A DNA stretch of 63,359 nucleotides, counting the filler, from Collodictyon triciliatum (taxonomy: Eukaryota), in NCBI GenBank assembly GCA_043381765.1. It is 4 parts of 4 records of this genome, joined end to end, with 100 filler letters (N's around TTAATTAATTAA, not from the genome) between each part and the next. Parts side by side here need not be neighbours in the genome. Positions count along the whole stretch, not along the records: positions 1 to 24,104 come from JBHJMP010001102.1; positions 24,205 to 48,217 come from JBHJMP010001103.1; 2 more parts are not named here. One strand, 5' to 3'. Below are positions 17,384 through 30,299 of this stretch, piece by piece. Position 1 is the first letter of the stretch. Each line of letters opens with the position of its first letter. Made by a program: the position numbers and the translations under genes. The notes beneath the pieces are model-generated. The model was not told the DNA's origin. It was given only the letters and a program-made list of their open reading frames with translations, and did no database searches.

Positions 17384-20300
17384 TTATCTCTGGTGTTTTC
17401 TGTGGTCATTGCTGCGAAAACAGTTCACTCCCGAGGCCAAGAGTTTCATGCAAATCTCGAACCCTTTCATCGGGATAAGTGATTAATGGCATACTCAGCG
17501 AAACAATATGCATTATTTAAAGATAATTTCGCTTCTTTTTTTTTTTTTTTTGCAGAATCGTTTCTTGAGAAAATATTAATTCTGGGACTTAAATTTTAAG
17601 CACCCAAAAAAAATATTTTGAGAAAGGAAAGAGAACACAGGATAACTTTCTTTCATCAATACTGGATATTTCTTAAAAGGATTTTTTTTTTGTGTCCATA
17701 CAGAATATTCTTTTCAATTCTCGTGTTACTAAAAGTTGCAAAAACAACAATGAAGTGTAGCACCCACTTTTGAACAGCCTCTTCGGGTGGGAGCTGGTCG
17801 AGTGGAAGACATGAAAATTCTTGAAGAAATTGCTGGATTTTTTCGGCTTTTACCTAATAACAGAAACCGCAATGAGATATTAAATTGTGCACAACCTTCA
17901 AGAGATCATCTATTAATCACAAATACTGCGCTTCATGTCTTGTAACAACTGCTATTTTCAGCTATACGAATAAAGAGTCCACCGAGAGAGTCTCGAATTT
18001 TGACGGAAAAGCTCTCAATTGTTATGCAAGTAAAAGAAATTGGAAGAGAGCATTCTAAAAGAAATTAGAATACAAACCTTGGATTCTTTAAGTTTCTTCT
18101 GTTTTGTCTCTTCTATTGTGAGAATGTTTCAAAAAATGGCTGTCAAAAAAAAGGGGAACTGAAGCAATTTATGACAAATTGCACATATAAAAACGACTTG
18201 ACTAATGCAATTTTCAAATCTGAAATGGGTTTGTTGCGCAACAATTCCAGACAGGAAAAGGCGAGTCTTTTCTTTACTGAAAAAAAAAAAAAGGAGTACG
18301 TCGAGCAATTATTGCTTATAGAAATGAAAATTTTGTTGTTGATTAATTTTTTTTTACCGTTTTCGTCCACCTTGTATGAAAAGTCCTCCAATTCCTGCGC
18401 CTTTCGCTTGGCTGACTGCATACAAAAACACATAGGTGACTCATAAACATTGCAGTTTCGAAGAGAAAATACGAGAGAACAAATATATAATAGTCTCTGT
18501 GTTGCTGAATGGTATTTCAAAAGAAATGAAACAACTGAATTGTATTTTGAAATTTCGTCCATACTTCAATCACAACTTTTGGAAAATTTGCCAACTGTGC
18601 AACATGTATTCCAAAGCTCTTTTCACAAGGACCAGGGTTCACTTGGTACAGCATTTCGATTCGCTTCTCTGTTTTTTAGACATATTTGAAACTCGTAAAA
18701 TACATTAAAAATATTAGATTATGATTGATGAGCTATTAGAGGGCAAAAAAAAAAAAAAAAGACGCACCGTCTGTGTGAGCAGTAACATGGTAATTTTTAA
18801 CATTTGGTAGATAGTCTGCCAAACTTGTGAGCTCGTGGAAATGCGTTGCGAAAAGACACAAGCACTGAATCTCTTTCCCGATGTGTCTGAAAGCAACAGT
18901 CATGTCACGTATTGGTGTGAATAAATAGGATGAGATGGATTTGTTCCATTTTAACTCTATGTTTGTTAAGCAAGAAAAAAATGCACCACCATTTTTACAC
19001 ATTCAATTTTGGGTTTACCCACTCTGATATTGCCCACGCAAGTCCAAATCCGTCATAGGTTGATGTCCCTCTTCCAAGCTCATCAATGATTACAAGGGAA
19101 TTTCTTGTGGCACCCTGTCATAAGGATATTATGATTCAAGTGGGTTTCATTTTCTATCCTTGTAAAATGGAAACATTTCTCTCATTCAAGATATTTTGAA
19201 AGCCGATTCGATATTTTTAGTTAAAGTTCTTAACCTACCTTAAGAATTGAAGATGTCTCGAGCATTTCAGACATAAATGTGGACAATCCTTTACAGAGGA
19301 TGTTATGCATAAATGAGCTTTTTTTTTTCTTAATGAAATTTTGAAATAAATGAAACAATCGGTGGGCTAGAACTTGTATTGTTGTGTTTCTTTCATTCCC
19401 ATTTTTCTTCACCTTTCAACTGGCTATCTCCAGCACCTACGCGAGCAAGGATGCAATCTACAATACTCAATTTTGATGGAGAATCACAAGGTATGAAGCA
19501 TCCTATCTGAGCCAGCCAACTGATAACACCAACCTATGATTACATCAAAAAGATAGTTATGAATGGCACAGTTTGAGTGAGAAAAAAAATCCAACTTTGA
19601 GACTTTTATGGAGTTTTCATCTTGACAGTATTTTTTTTAAGAAAAAAAAACTTAAAAGGGTGGCGGCTGTATGAATTAACAACCTGTCTGATATATGTTG
19701 ACTTTCCTCCCATGTTCGGGCCAGTGATAATTAAAAAATCAGATTCTCCTGGAAAATTTACAAATTAGAGTGACTTTCCGTAAACCTTAGAAACTGCGCT
19801 CTTGAGAAAAGTTGATAAGTCTCCTCACAAGTTAATTTAAAATGAATGAAAGTAATAATGGAAAAAGCTGGCGATACAAAAAAAACCTCTTTTCATGGTT
19901 ATGGTGTTTGGAATGAACGAAATTCCATCTTGAAGTTCTACACAGGGATGACGAGCTGAGAGGAGCTCCAAACCGTGTTCTCCTGGAGAAGAAAACAATC
20001 AATGGAAAAAATTGCAACGTTGTTATGAATGAGAAAAGAAGTGAAGTGACTCTGGATGTACCCGAGGGATATAGCTCCGGTCTTGTATATGGAGTGGGAG
20101 CAGATAAGCTGACTTCCGCGAAACTTTAAAGAGAAGAAAATTATTTTTATCAAAGTTTTTCCCCATAGAATTGGATAAAAACACGCTTCATCACTCATAC
20201 ATGAACGACTCTAATACAGTTACTTAAAATCTTTTGACAAGTAAACCTGAGTAAAACATCCAACTTTGCAAGAGTTGCACCCAGCGTCTCAAAAATTGCC

Positions 20301-23300
20301 GAATAGGTCCCTTAATGTTAGAGACAATAATATACGATTGAAAAGATGCATAGAAGGTAACCAAGTTCTCAAAGATAAAAAAAAATTATTGATATGGTCT
20401 CGGTGATAGAAGCTGGGTGGCGAGACTTTTTTTTTTTTATTGTTGTCGAATGTATTAGCTAAAAAAATATTAAAGTTATTTTCACAAACCAACGACTTCA
20501 ATGACCTTCTCAACGATTTCTTGCTGCTTCGTGTTATACTCCATATTATATTCGTCATATTCCAGACTAAAGGTCTTCAATTTGCTGATATTGGTAAAGA
20601 ATAACTTGAGTGTCACACGCTTAATTCCCAGCTTACAAGAGAAAGATATTCTAGAGATGAAAAAGCATGAAAGTCGGGAACAAAAATGTAGAATACTGAT
20701 TACCTATTGGTGAATCGCACTCCGTCCTTCCTAATCTCAACCACACGAAACTCTGATGAATTGCGAATACTCGCTTCGTCCTAATGCATCACAATTTGAA
20801 TATAAATTGCTGATTTTCTATGGAAACTCTACGCAAAATCCTCATCAGTGCGTTTAAATTAAAAACGGAAAACCTTTCGACTGATTCTAAAGAAGTATCC
20901 AAGTTGGTTGTTCTTTTCAAGTTTCAATTTATTATCAAGACCTAAATCCGCTGCAGCCTTTTTTTTTAGATTAATTTTTCGTTTTTAAAATAGAGATAAT
21001 ATTGTCCCAAATATTTGAGGGTTTCTTAATGAGATGTTAATCAATTCAACCCAACCAAAGAACATCACCTTCGTGCTAACTTTTTCAATCTCTTTGCTGA
21101 TTTTTTCCATTTTGGACCGAATTTCAGCCAGGTCCTCATTGAAAGATGGATTGATCATATACTCGTGCTGTTCGATGGTTGACAAGTCTATAGTTGATTC
21201 TACTAAAGCCTCGAATTGTGCAAGCTCTTCCGAAGCTTTCTATAGTTTCAACACGCCAGTTTAGAGCATAAGACACAAGGATTTTCCTGAAGAATTAAAG
21301 AGTCCAGGAAAAGAACCTTTAGTGGAGCCGCATAGATGTCTCTGATGACCTCAGGATGTGGGCCCTATTGTTGAGTTCATATTTGTTTGATTGACATGTC
21401 AAATGACGCATGACTTATATTTTGTATGGTGGTTGATGAAGATGAAGAGACGAAATGCACGGTCAGAGCTAAAACCGCCCAACCTCGTGATTCACAAGCA
21501 ATTCCGCGACCGTAGGAATTTTAATAGATAGCTGGTATAGCTTCACAACATCTTGAAGATTCGCTTTTTTCTTTTGAAACTTTCGATTGATTCTCAAGAC
21601 ATCAGGTACTTTGGACATAAAATCAGTCTACACGAACAATAGAACCAATTTAGTTTTGATACAAAATCGCATGCAAAGCAAAAGAAAAGGAGAACCTTCA
21701 TCGTAGGATTTGCTTATTGGGTTTTCTATAGGTGTATTGGACCAAAATGGTTCATTAAATCACAAATAATCACAAACGAAAATAAAACTTATGAACCCTA
21801 CATGTAAAGTCATGCGGAGATGAACATCAGACACAAATGTTTCCACAACGTCAAGTCTCTGATCTGGTATCGAGATTACAATCACGTGAATTCATAATCA
21901 ATATCAATTATCCACGTTTCTCATTATTATGCGTGAAATTCTTAATTTTAGGATTTTTATGCACTTATTTCGTCCATTTCGATGAGCGGTTGCTTCATCC
22001 ACTAGTTTGAGATTTTCAGCGATTCAGAATTTTTCAAGACATATGTAGAAAATGTAGAAAATGAAGAAAATGCAATAAAATAATGTATGATGATGTAGGA
22101 AGGGAAGGAATGAGGAAAATACCTGAAGTAGAAGACGGGAACCCATAGCAGACTTGCACCGGTTCAGCAAACCATACATTGATGTATTGCGCTTCTTTCC
22201 TATATCATGAAGACTCTTTACACTTGAAAAACATATACAACAGGCGAGATGATACTATTTCGGTAAAACTGAGTTTGTAGCCCAGGAAAATTCAAGTGTA
22301 GTCCATTGATTTTTTTGAAACAAAATTTTATCTTTCAATCACCTTCATCCTTTGCCGAGAAGAAATTGAGGGCCTTTACAGCAGCCCCTCCTAAACGCAT
22401 GTATTTTCCTATGTCCAACGACTCAACTCTATATTGGGAGAAGTTGCTTGAATCACCCATCAACTAAATGTGTGCTTCAGTTAGTCGCGAAATACCATCG
22501 AGGCAATAAATACCATGCCAACACAACGGGCCACAATGTCATATAATGTATGTTGCATCGAATCGAAAGTTATACATGAAGCTCTATAGAATGTAAATTT
22601 TGAAATCAATATTGAAATTACTAATATCTGATGAAATTAACAAACGTCAAGGTATTTAACAAGCATAGCGCATGAAATCATCCCATTCCTTAACGTTGTC
22701 TCATCTAATACCCACAGGGGAAGAAACACAAGGAAATTAGAATTCTTAATATTTCGAATGAGGGTATAGTTTCGACCAACAAAAGTAAAAATATTTACGA
22801 ATAGTGCTTGGGTTGGACCCTGTTAATCTACTGATGTCTTGCTCGACATCCTTCGGAGATGACTCAGCTAGGGCAAATGTGTCGATTTATAAAAGCGCTG
22901 TGTGGTTGCCAGGCCGCATTGTAGAGTTTTTATGAGGAAAAAATGAGAAAAAAAAACCTTTTGTACGATATGTTATAGTTATGTCACACATCGAAACGAT
23001 GGTTTTTAGATTCTCTGGGATTTTTTCATCTTTACACAAAAGGCACTCCTTGGCACTTATTTGAACAAGTGCGGCCTAGAATAGTCAGAAGGAAGGAGAT
23101 TTTGAACAAAGGTGTTACAAATTATATTAATCACCAGAAACTGGAGGAAAGTAGGGTACCAAATATGAAGAGCATCAAGTTATTGTTATAGAAATATAAA
23201 AAAGTGGTTAGTTTTGATCCAAAGGAAGCGATGAGCTTGAGTTCAAAGACCTCGACATTTGAAAATTGATCGTTGTCTTGAAACTGAGTAATATGAATGA

Positions 23301-23957
23301 CTTTTCGGGTTTGGTCGATGGCTGAGACTCCTATTAACTGTGAAAAGAATAAAAATTGGCTGCGTATCCACTATGAACACTACGAGCCGATTTATATTTT
23401 CCTATACAATCCATTTTGATATCTTGGGGTGTGTCTCTTATATGCCAGACTAGGATATACTCATACGTGGCCTTCGGGGTTCTCAGTGAATGAAAGTGCA
23501 ATAATCATAGGGACCTCGGTCATCTCAACGCTTTGAAAAAGTTCATCCTCAAACCCTTGGATGTTTCCAGGAGAGCCCTACCAAACAAAATAGGGGAAAC
23601 AAATTGAAAAATTGGATTACTGGTAGCAAGTAGAGAATGGATAACAGAAAAATCTGATCTAAAATTGAGCAATTATGCGTCTAATATTTGATAATGACAG
23701 AGTTTAAGTTGGGGTTTAGTATGACTAACTTTTTTATCCAATATCCAGCCAGCAGTGTTTGAACGACCGATCCACAATTCAATATGCCGCAGTTTATTCA
23801 GCAGAAGGTCTCGCGCGATTACCTCAAACATAGCCGCACTGATGCACAAAGAGGACAGCGTATTCGGAACGGAGCCGAGCATTTTCACAGCGTCACGGGT
23901 TTTGTAGTAGTCTTGACCTATGTTCATTGCATCATCTCCGTGGACAGAGTAATATCC
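17384..23957 (-). CDS. MSH2: DNA mismatch repair protein MSH2, 5' partial, more than 20 exons
   Basis: Spliced motifs [135 protein letters not shown]. The last exons and stop position are approximate. Confidence 0.95.
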
Positions 23958-24011
23958 CTCCATGAGAATTAGAGTTAGCCTGGTTTGAGTGGACCATCTG
24001 ACCTTTCTATT

Positions 24012-24099
<88 letters not shown>

Positions 24100-24104
24100 T
24101 TTTT

Positions 24105-24204
24105 NNNNNNNNNNNNNNNNNNNNNNNNNNNNNNNNNNNNNNNNNNNNTTAATTAATTAANNNNNNNNNNNNNNNNNNNNNNNNNNNNNNNNNNNNNNNN
24201 NNNN
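24105..24204. other. Artificial scaffold spacer N44-TTAATTAATTAA-N44
   Basis: Six-frame-stop 12-mer centred in an exactly 100-bp gap; identical copies at 48218-48317 and 62161-62260. Confidence 0.95.
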
Positions 24205-27200
24205 TGAAAACTACGAAAAGGCGAAATCAATCCTTGAAAAATCGCTGGGAGCTAAGCATGCATCTGTTGCCTCGACAATCCAGTTTATTGCAAACGTTCA
24301 TCTTGCCAGTGGAAAGTTTGGATTTCTAAATTTTAGATATTTTCATAAAACAATAATAATTTTCTTATGCTTTTCAATTTTTTGCAAAATATATTTGGCT
24401 TCATATCTCACATTTGTATGGACTCTATTTGGGGTTAAAATTATATACAATACAATTATTTTAACTAATAAATATCAAATTACTTTTACCTTATGTAGGA
24501 AAACTGAGGCCTTATCGTCATTAAAGCAATCGTTGGATATTTTCATGTCTGCCCTGGGTGAAAATCATCCGAATGTTGTGGCCTGCTATGAAATGATTGG
24601 AGACATCAGCCATAATTTGAAGGAGTCTCTCTTTTTATTAATTATTACATATTTAATTGAAAAGAATAATTTATTTACTCTTATTATCTTAGCTTTAAGG
24701 GTGCTCTGGAGGCGTATATAAAGACGCTGGATATTCGCGTGAGAACACTAGGCGAAAGACATGCTGACTATGCAACTTCCCTGGAGAATGTTGGCCGAAC
24801 AAATTTTGAGCTTAAAAGGTTGATTTTTCTATTATTTTAAAATTTTAAATATTTTATTAATAGCAGTAAAAAACAATAAATATTGAATAATCAATAATGT
24901 GCATGCATTTAGATTGGACCAAGTAGTTGAATACTTCCAGAAGGCAGATGCTATCAGAAAGGAGACACACACAATCATATCACTGAAAGATGGTTCACAA
25001 TGTACAAGGATTGCGGAACTTATGAAGGATAAGAAAGAGCATGAAGCCGCCATTCAGCTTTACAAAACACTGATTAATCTATTCAGCAAGCTTTACTCCA
25101 TGGATTATCTTGGAATATGGAACAGCTGCGAAGAAATCGACAAGATTTACAAGGAACTGAAGCAGCATAACGAAGCTATGGCATTATGGGCTGATATGAG
25201 AGTCAGATTCGCTGATAAACTCGGATGGATTCACCCCAGAACATTTAACTCATGCGAATACTTGTCCTTCCATTCAAATGGAATCGGAATCAACAAAGAG
25301 CCCGTGGAGTTTACAAGAGTCAAGGAATTCATCAGTGAAACTCTTGATGATGCAAAACTAGATGAGGAATGGAATCGTGAGCAAATCATTGCGTCATTAT
25401 TCAGAATTGTCTACATGTCAAAGACTGATGAGAGCAAATCAAAGGCTGCATCTGATGCCATCACAGTTTTGAATTTCATGAACGTTTCGTTTGGTGGAAT
25501 GGATTTATCAAACATCAAAATTCAGCATGCAAATCTCAGTAACTCAATTCTTGATGGTGCAAACTTCACTGGTGCTAACTTGGATGGTGTTGATTTCACG
25601 AATTCGATGCTTGGTGATTGTGTTTTTGATAATGCAAACATGAATAATGTGAAATTCGGAATTCCTCATGATAAATTGGAAGGTCATACGAATGTTGTCA
25701 GGAGTGTTTGCAGTATTCAAGGGCCGAATGGTGAAAACTGGCTGGTTTCTGGAGGTGGTGATGAAACAATACGTATTTGGGATGTAGCCACAGGAAACCA
25801 AATCAAAACATTAGAAGGTCATACAGATACTGTCAGGAGTATTTGCAGTATTCAAAGACTGAATGGTGAAAAGTGGCTGGTTTCTGGAAGTTATGATGAA
25901 ACAATACGTATTTGGGATGTAGCCACAGGAAACCAAATCAAAATACTAGAAGGACATACAAGTTCTGTCTTTAGTGTTTGCAGTATTCAAGGACCGAATG
26001 GTGAAAATTGGCTGGTTTCTGGAAGTCAGGATAAAACAATACGTATTTGGGATGTAGTCTCAGGAAATCTAATCAAAAAATTAGAAGGACATACAGGCTG
26101 GGTCATAAGTGTTTGCAGCATTCAAGGATCGAATGGTGAAAATTGGCTGGTTTCTGGAAGTGAAGATAAAACAATACGTATTTGGGATGTAGCCACAGGA
26201 AACCAAATCAAAATACTAGAAGGACATACAGATAAAGTCAGGAGTGTTTGCGCTATTCAAGGGCCGAATGATGAGAAGTGGCTGGCTTCTGGAAGTTATG
26301 ATGAAACAATACGTGTTTGGGATGTAGCCACAGGAAACCAAATCAAAACATTAGAAGGACATAAAAGCGATGTCAGGAGTGTGTGCAGTATTCAAGGACC
26401 GAATGGTGAAAAGTGGCTGGCTTCTGGAAGTCAAGATAAAACAATACGTATTTGGGATGTAGCCACAGGAAGCCAAATCAAAATATTAGAAGGCCATACA
26501 GATTATGTTATTAGTGTTTGCAGTATTCAAGGACCGAATGGTGAAAAGAGTTTGGCTTCTGGAAGCGATGATAAAACAATACGCATTTGGGATTTAAGCA
26601 CGGGAAACCAAATCAAAACATTAGAAGGTCATACAAGTGCTGTCACGAGTGTTTGCAGTATTCAAGGACCAAATGGTGAAAAGTGGCTGGCTTCTGGAAG
26701 TGTGGATAAAACAATTCGTATTTGGGATGTAGCCACAGGAAACCAAATCAAAATACTAGAAGGACATACAAGTTATGTCAATAGTGTTTGCAGTCTTCAA
26801 GGACCGAATGGTGAAAATTGGTTGGCTTCTGGAAGTCTTGATCAAACTATACGTATTTGGGATGTAGCCTCAGGAAACCAAATCAAAACATTAAAAGGAA
26901 ATCGAAGTTCGGTCAATAGTGTTTGCAGCATTCAAGGACTGAATGGAGAACAATGGCTGGCTTCTGGAAGTCAAGATAGAACAATACGTGTTTGGGATGT
27001 AGTCACAGGAAACCAAATCAAAAAATTGGAAAGTCATACACATTCGGTCTATAGTGTTTGCAGCATTCAAGGACCGAATGGTGAAAAGTGGCTGGCTTCT
27101 GGAAGTATGGATAAAACAATACGTATTTGGGATATAGCCACAGGAAACCAAATCAAAACATTAGAAGGTCATACAAATTATGTCATGAGTGTGTGCAGTA

Positions 27201-27694
27201 TTCAAGGGCCGAATGGTGAAAAGTGGCTGGCTTCTGGAAGTGAAGATAGAACAATACGTATTTGGGATGTAGACACAGGAAACCAAACACACAGTCTGCA
27301 AAAACTAGAAGTGACCTACACCCAAGGAAAATACCTTGTCAAGAAAGAAAAGCCAGACGAAGTCATCGCAGTATTCAACAGAACAAGCGATGCGATGAAC
27401 ATGATTGACACCAACAGAATCCAAGATGCAAAGACAGTCCAGATTATCGGCCCAAGAAAGCTGCAAGGTGGATGTATCCAAATCAGAAATGTCACGGCAT
27501 TGAGTCGATTCAACAAAACCCTCTTACTTTCAATCGGTGCTGCTTCCTTTGATGCGGACTTTGCTGCGTATTGTGAGCAGGGTAAGTTTACCAAGTTCCA
27601 GGCTCAAATTGTGGCTGAGTGCTATGAGAATGGATGGGGCGTTGAAAAGGACACGGAGAAAGCAGCTGAATGGAGACAAAAAGCCGCAGCTTAA
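24205..27694 (+). CDS. TPR + pentapeptide repeat + 12x WD40 + Sel1-like protein, 5' partial
   Basis: Kinesin-light-chain-type 42-aa TPRs (LGENHPNVVACY, LGERHADYATSL) in small exons; one 2.78-kb last exon with pentapeptides (ANLSNSILDGANFTGANLDG), 12 GH...WD repeats and a Sel1-like CYENGWGVEKDTEKAAEW; TAA at 27692-27694. Confidence 0.9.
25673..27292 (+). repeat. 12 tandem 135-bp coding repeats (45-aa WD40 units)
   Basis: Near-identical units, e.g. ACAATACGTATTTGGGATGTAGCCACAGGAAACCAAATCAAAA recurring every 135 bp. Confidence 0.97.
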
Positions 27695-28679
27695 CAAGGT
27701 AAGTAGTAAAATAAATGCATATTAATATATATTCGTTAATTATAATCATTTTAGATGCAGAGATTCTCTCGGTTTTTTTCAAGCAGACCTCCGCTTTTTT
27801 CCCAGAAGGACGCTCCATGAAATCAGAATAAAACCATAAAAAATTGAAAGCAAAGCTGATCGATCTCTGTTGCAACCATTGTATTTCTATTCCTTTCCTT
27901 TTTCTTCTTTTTCTTTTCTTTTTTTTCTTCTTTTTCCTTTTCTTTCTTTTCTTCTTTTTCCTTTTTCTTTCTTTTCTTTTCTTCTTTTTCCTTTTCTTTC
28001 TTTCTTTTCTTCTTTTCTTCTTTTTCTTTCTTTTCTTTTTTTCTTCTTTTTCCTTTTTCTTTCTTTTCTTCTTTTTCCTTTTTCTTCCTTTTCTTTTCTT
28101 TTTCCTTTTTCTTTCTTTTCTTCTTTTCTAATACATGCAGTACGTAGCCCCGCCGGCCGGCATTAGTAAATTGGGATGAACCTGGGATGAACCGTTCATC
28201 TCGCTCCAAATTTTTGACCGGCCGGCAGGGCTTTGTTCATCCTAAGCATTTTTTTAATATATTCAAAGAATAAGCAGTCAAATTAATATTGCCATATTGA
28301 TATTTTCTTTCTTATTTCAGATGAACCTGGTTTTCAATGGTGCGACTGCAGCGACATCTTGACTGCAACATTCTCTGGAGGTTTTCCGTGTATTTACATT
28401 ATGTTTGTTATGTATTTATTGGTTTGTTTCTTTTTTTGTTCTTTTTGCAATATTTTATCTCTATTTTTCAATCATAAAGCACAAATTCGTTTCTTTTATT
28501 GTGTTCATTTGCTATCTTATTTTTCTTTTTGTACTTGCTCACACGGCCCGCTGCTGATAATCAATCAAGATTTCCGTGCCTGATGGAAAACACGAGCGGA
28601 GACGGAGAGATCAGCGCAAGTTGCAGACAGTTCTTCTGGCTCCAAAGCTGGTGAGGAAAAACCACAAGTTGCACGTAAT

Positions 28680-29354
28680 TCTAGGAAGACCTGTACAAGG
28701 AAGCCACCTGCAAGTCTGTCTGAGCGGACAGTATTTTTGCACGGGGTGAAGCAAGTCGTTTACAACAAGAACAAGGCCTGCAGGCTCACAGATGCGCACG
28801 CCTCCTTCTTGAAAGCGAACAAACTTTGGGAAGAGTCCATCCAATTGCGCTTACCAGACAGCGGAGGCCTTTGCCTGATCGCCTTCTGCACTGCAGAAAA
28901 CGCCCGAAAGCTTCTGGAGCTGAAGCTTGTAAGTTTGATCCAGATTATGATCAGTTTCAGCAGAAGTTAACCAACAGAGACCTCGATGGTGCTCTACCAA
29001 CTACCGCTGGACGCGTGGCCGCAACTCCTTCGCGAGGAGCTGAAGCCGTTCAGACCGACACACGTGGTGATCAAATAGGGCAAACGCTTCTTCAAAGACA
29101 CGACCGTGATGAAGCTTCTATGTCATAAGAACCAGCTCCCTGCAAATTTTACAGTCATGGGTAAGAATTATCGAAAGCACATCCTCAAAGAGCGTCCTCC
29201 AGCCACAAACAATGGTCGACAAGTAAAAACCCCTGCAAAAGAATACACCCGCCAAGCAGACAAGCAGCAACGGGGTCAAGGAAGCCAAGGCCAGGAAACA
29301 TTAGAGTCCACAAGAATCACAGCAGATACGTGCATACAGCGACAGCGACGATGA
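28680..29354 (+). pseudogene. Decayed ORF resembling non-LTR retrotransposon ORF1 (RRM-like), copy A
   Basis: One frame runs through TAA (28968) and TAG (about 29076): VFLHG..GLCLIAFCTAENARKL..VLYQLPLDAWPQLLREEL..LPANFTVMGKNYRKHILKERPP; aligns by eye with copy B. Confidence 0.5.
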
Positions 29355-29718
29355 CATGAAAGGAAATCCCGGTTCCTTTTCAGAATCCTCGCATTCGAGA
29401 CCTTCACCGCCAACACTGGAAAAGTTCACACATCGCAAGACCCAAGAGCAGCGCATCTCCAAACCCCAAAGGAAATCCCCCTTAAACTACACATTCAGAC
29501 TGACGTGAATCTGGCTAACATAGGAGGCATCAAGGCAGTCTTCGTTACATATCCCAAAGGATAATCCATAGCGAAGCCAACAGAAGAACCAGTGCCCACA
29601 AAAGTTAGTCCGTTTACCCTGCCCCAGCCCGTGTCACCGAGAACCAAGGAGCAAGAGCAAACACCACAAGTCGTATCCAACCTGGAAACTTCACATACTA
29701 AAGACAGTCCAAGCAAAC

Positions 29719-29893
29719 AGGAGCGTATGTTATTTTTTTTTCCTTTATTCGATTCAAAGTGTATCGAGGCTTTTCCGTACAAAGGGGCGAGATGGGAGCG
29801 CATGGGAGAGAGCAAACGCGGGTAGGGGAAGACACTACCGTGGAGAGGGTAGCACTGGAAAGAAGTCAGTGATAGCGAGGAGCGTATGTTATT
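29719..29893 (-). mobile_element. 143-bp poly(A) retroposon stub with 16-bp target-site duplication
   Basis: AGGAGCGTATGTTATT at 29719-29734 and 29878-29893; the insert ends on the minus strand in CTTTGAATCGAATAAAGG-A(n). Confidence 0.8.
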
Positions 29894-30299
29894 AAAACCA
29901 CAAACATATAACTATACTCCGATTAAGCAGAGTCCACTGTCGGCTACACATGGCCCCGAAACCAGGGGACGGTCAAGTGCCATTTGCATGGATACCAGAC
30001 AAACAATGATGTATCCCTTTTCTTCTGAATCGCCCAGCAAGAAACGCAATCAAAGTGACCCGTTGTCCCCTCAAAAGACTCATGCAGCGGAATCAAATAG
30101 GATATAAAACTTGTCTGAGATAGACGGTTGAATGGACTCGTCAGTATCGATTTGAGAAGTAACAGCCATGTGTGGACTTTCATCGACCCGACAGCCTTCA
30201 TTTGTTTGTCTATCAGTCTTGAATATAACTAGAAGTCGCGTTGGAGCTCTATCAACTCGGGTAGAATAGTCTGCGTGTGGGAACACCTTCTCTCCTTTA

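Noticed and set aside
23339-23472. Apparent GC-AG intron in MSH2
   Set aside because: Re-reading gives ..CCC GAA GGC CAC|GTATGA, a canonical phase-0 GT donor
25673-27292. CRISPR array or diversity-generating retroelement as the cause of the repeat/variable pattern
   Set aside because: The repeats are in-frame WD40 coding units; the changes are not adenine-specific, and no template repeat, RT or cas gene is present
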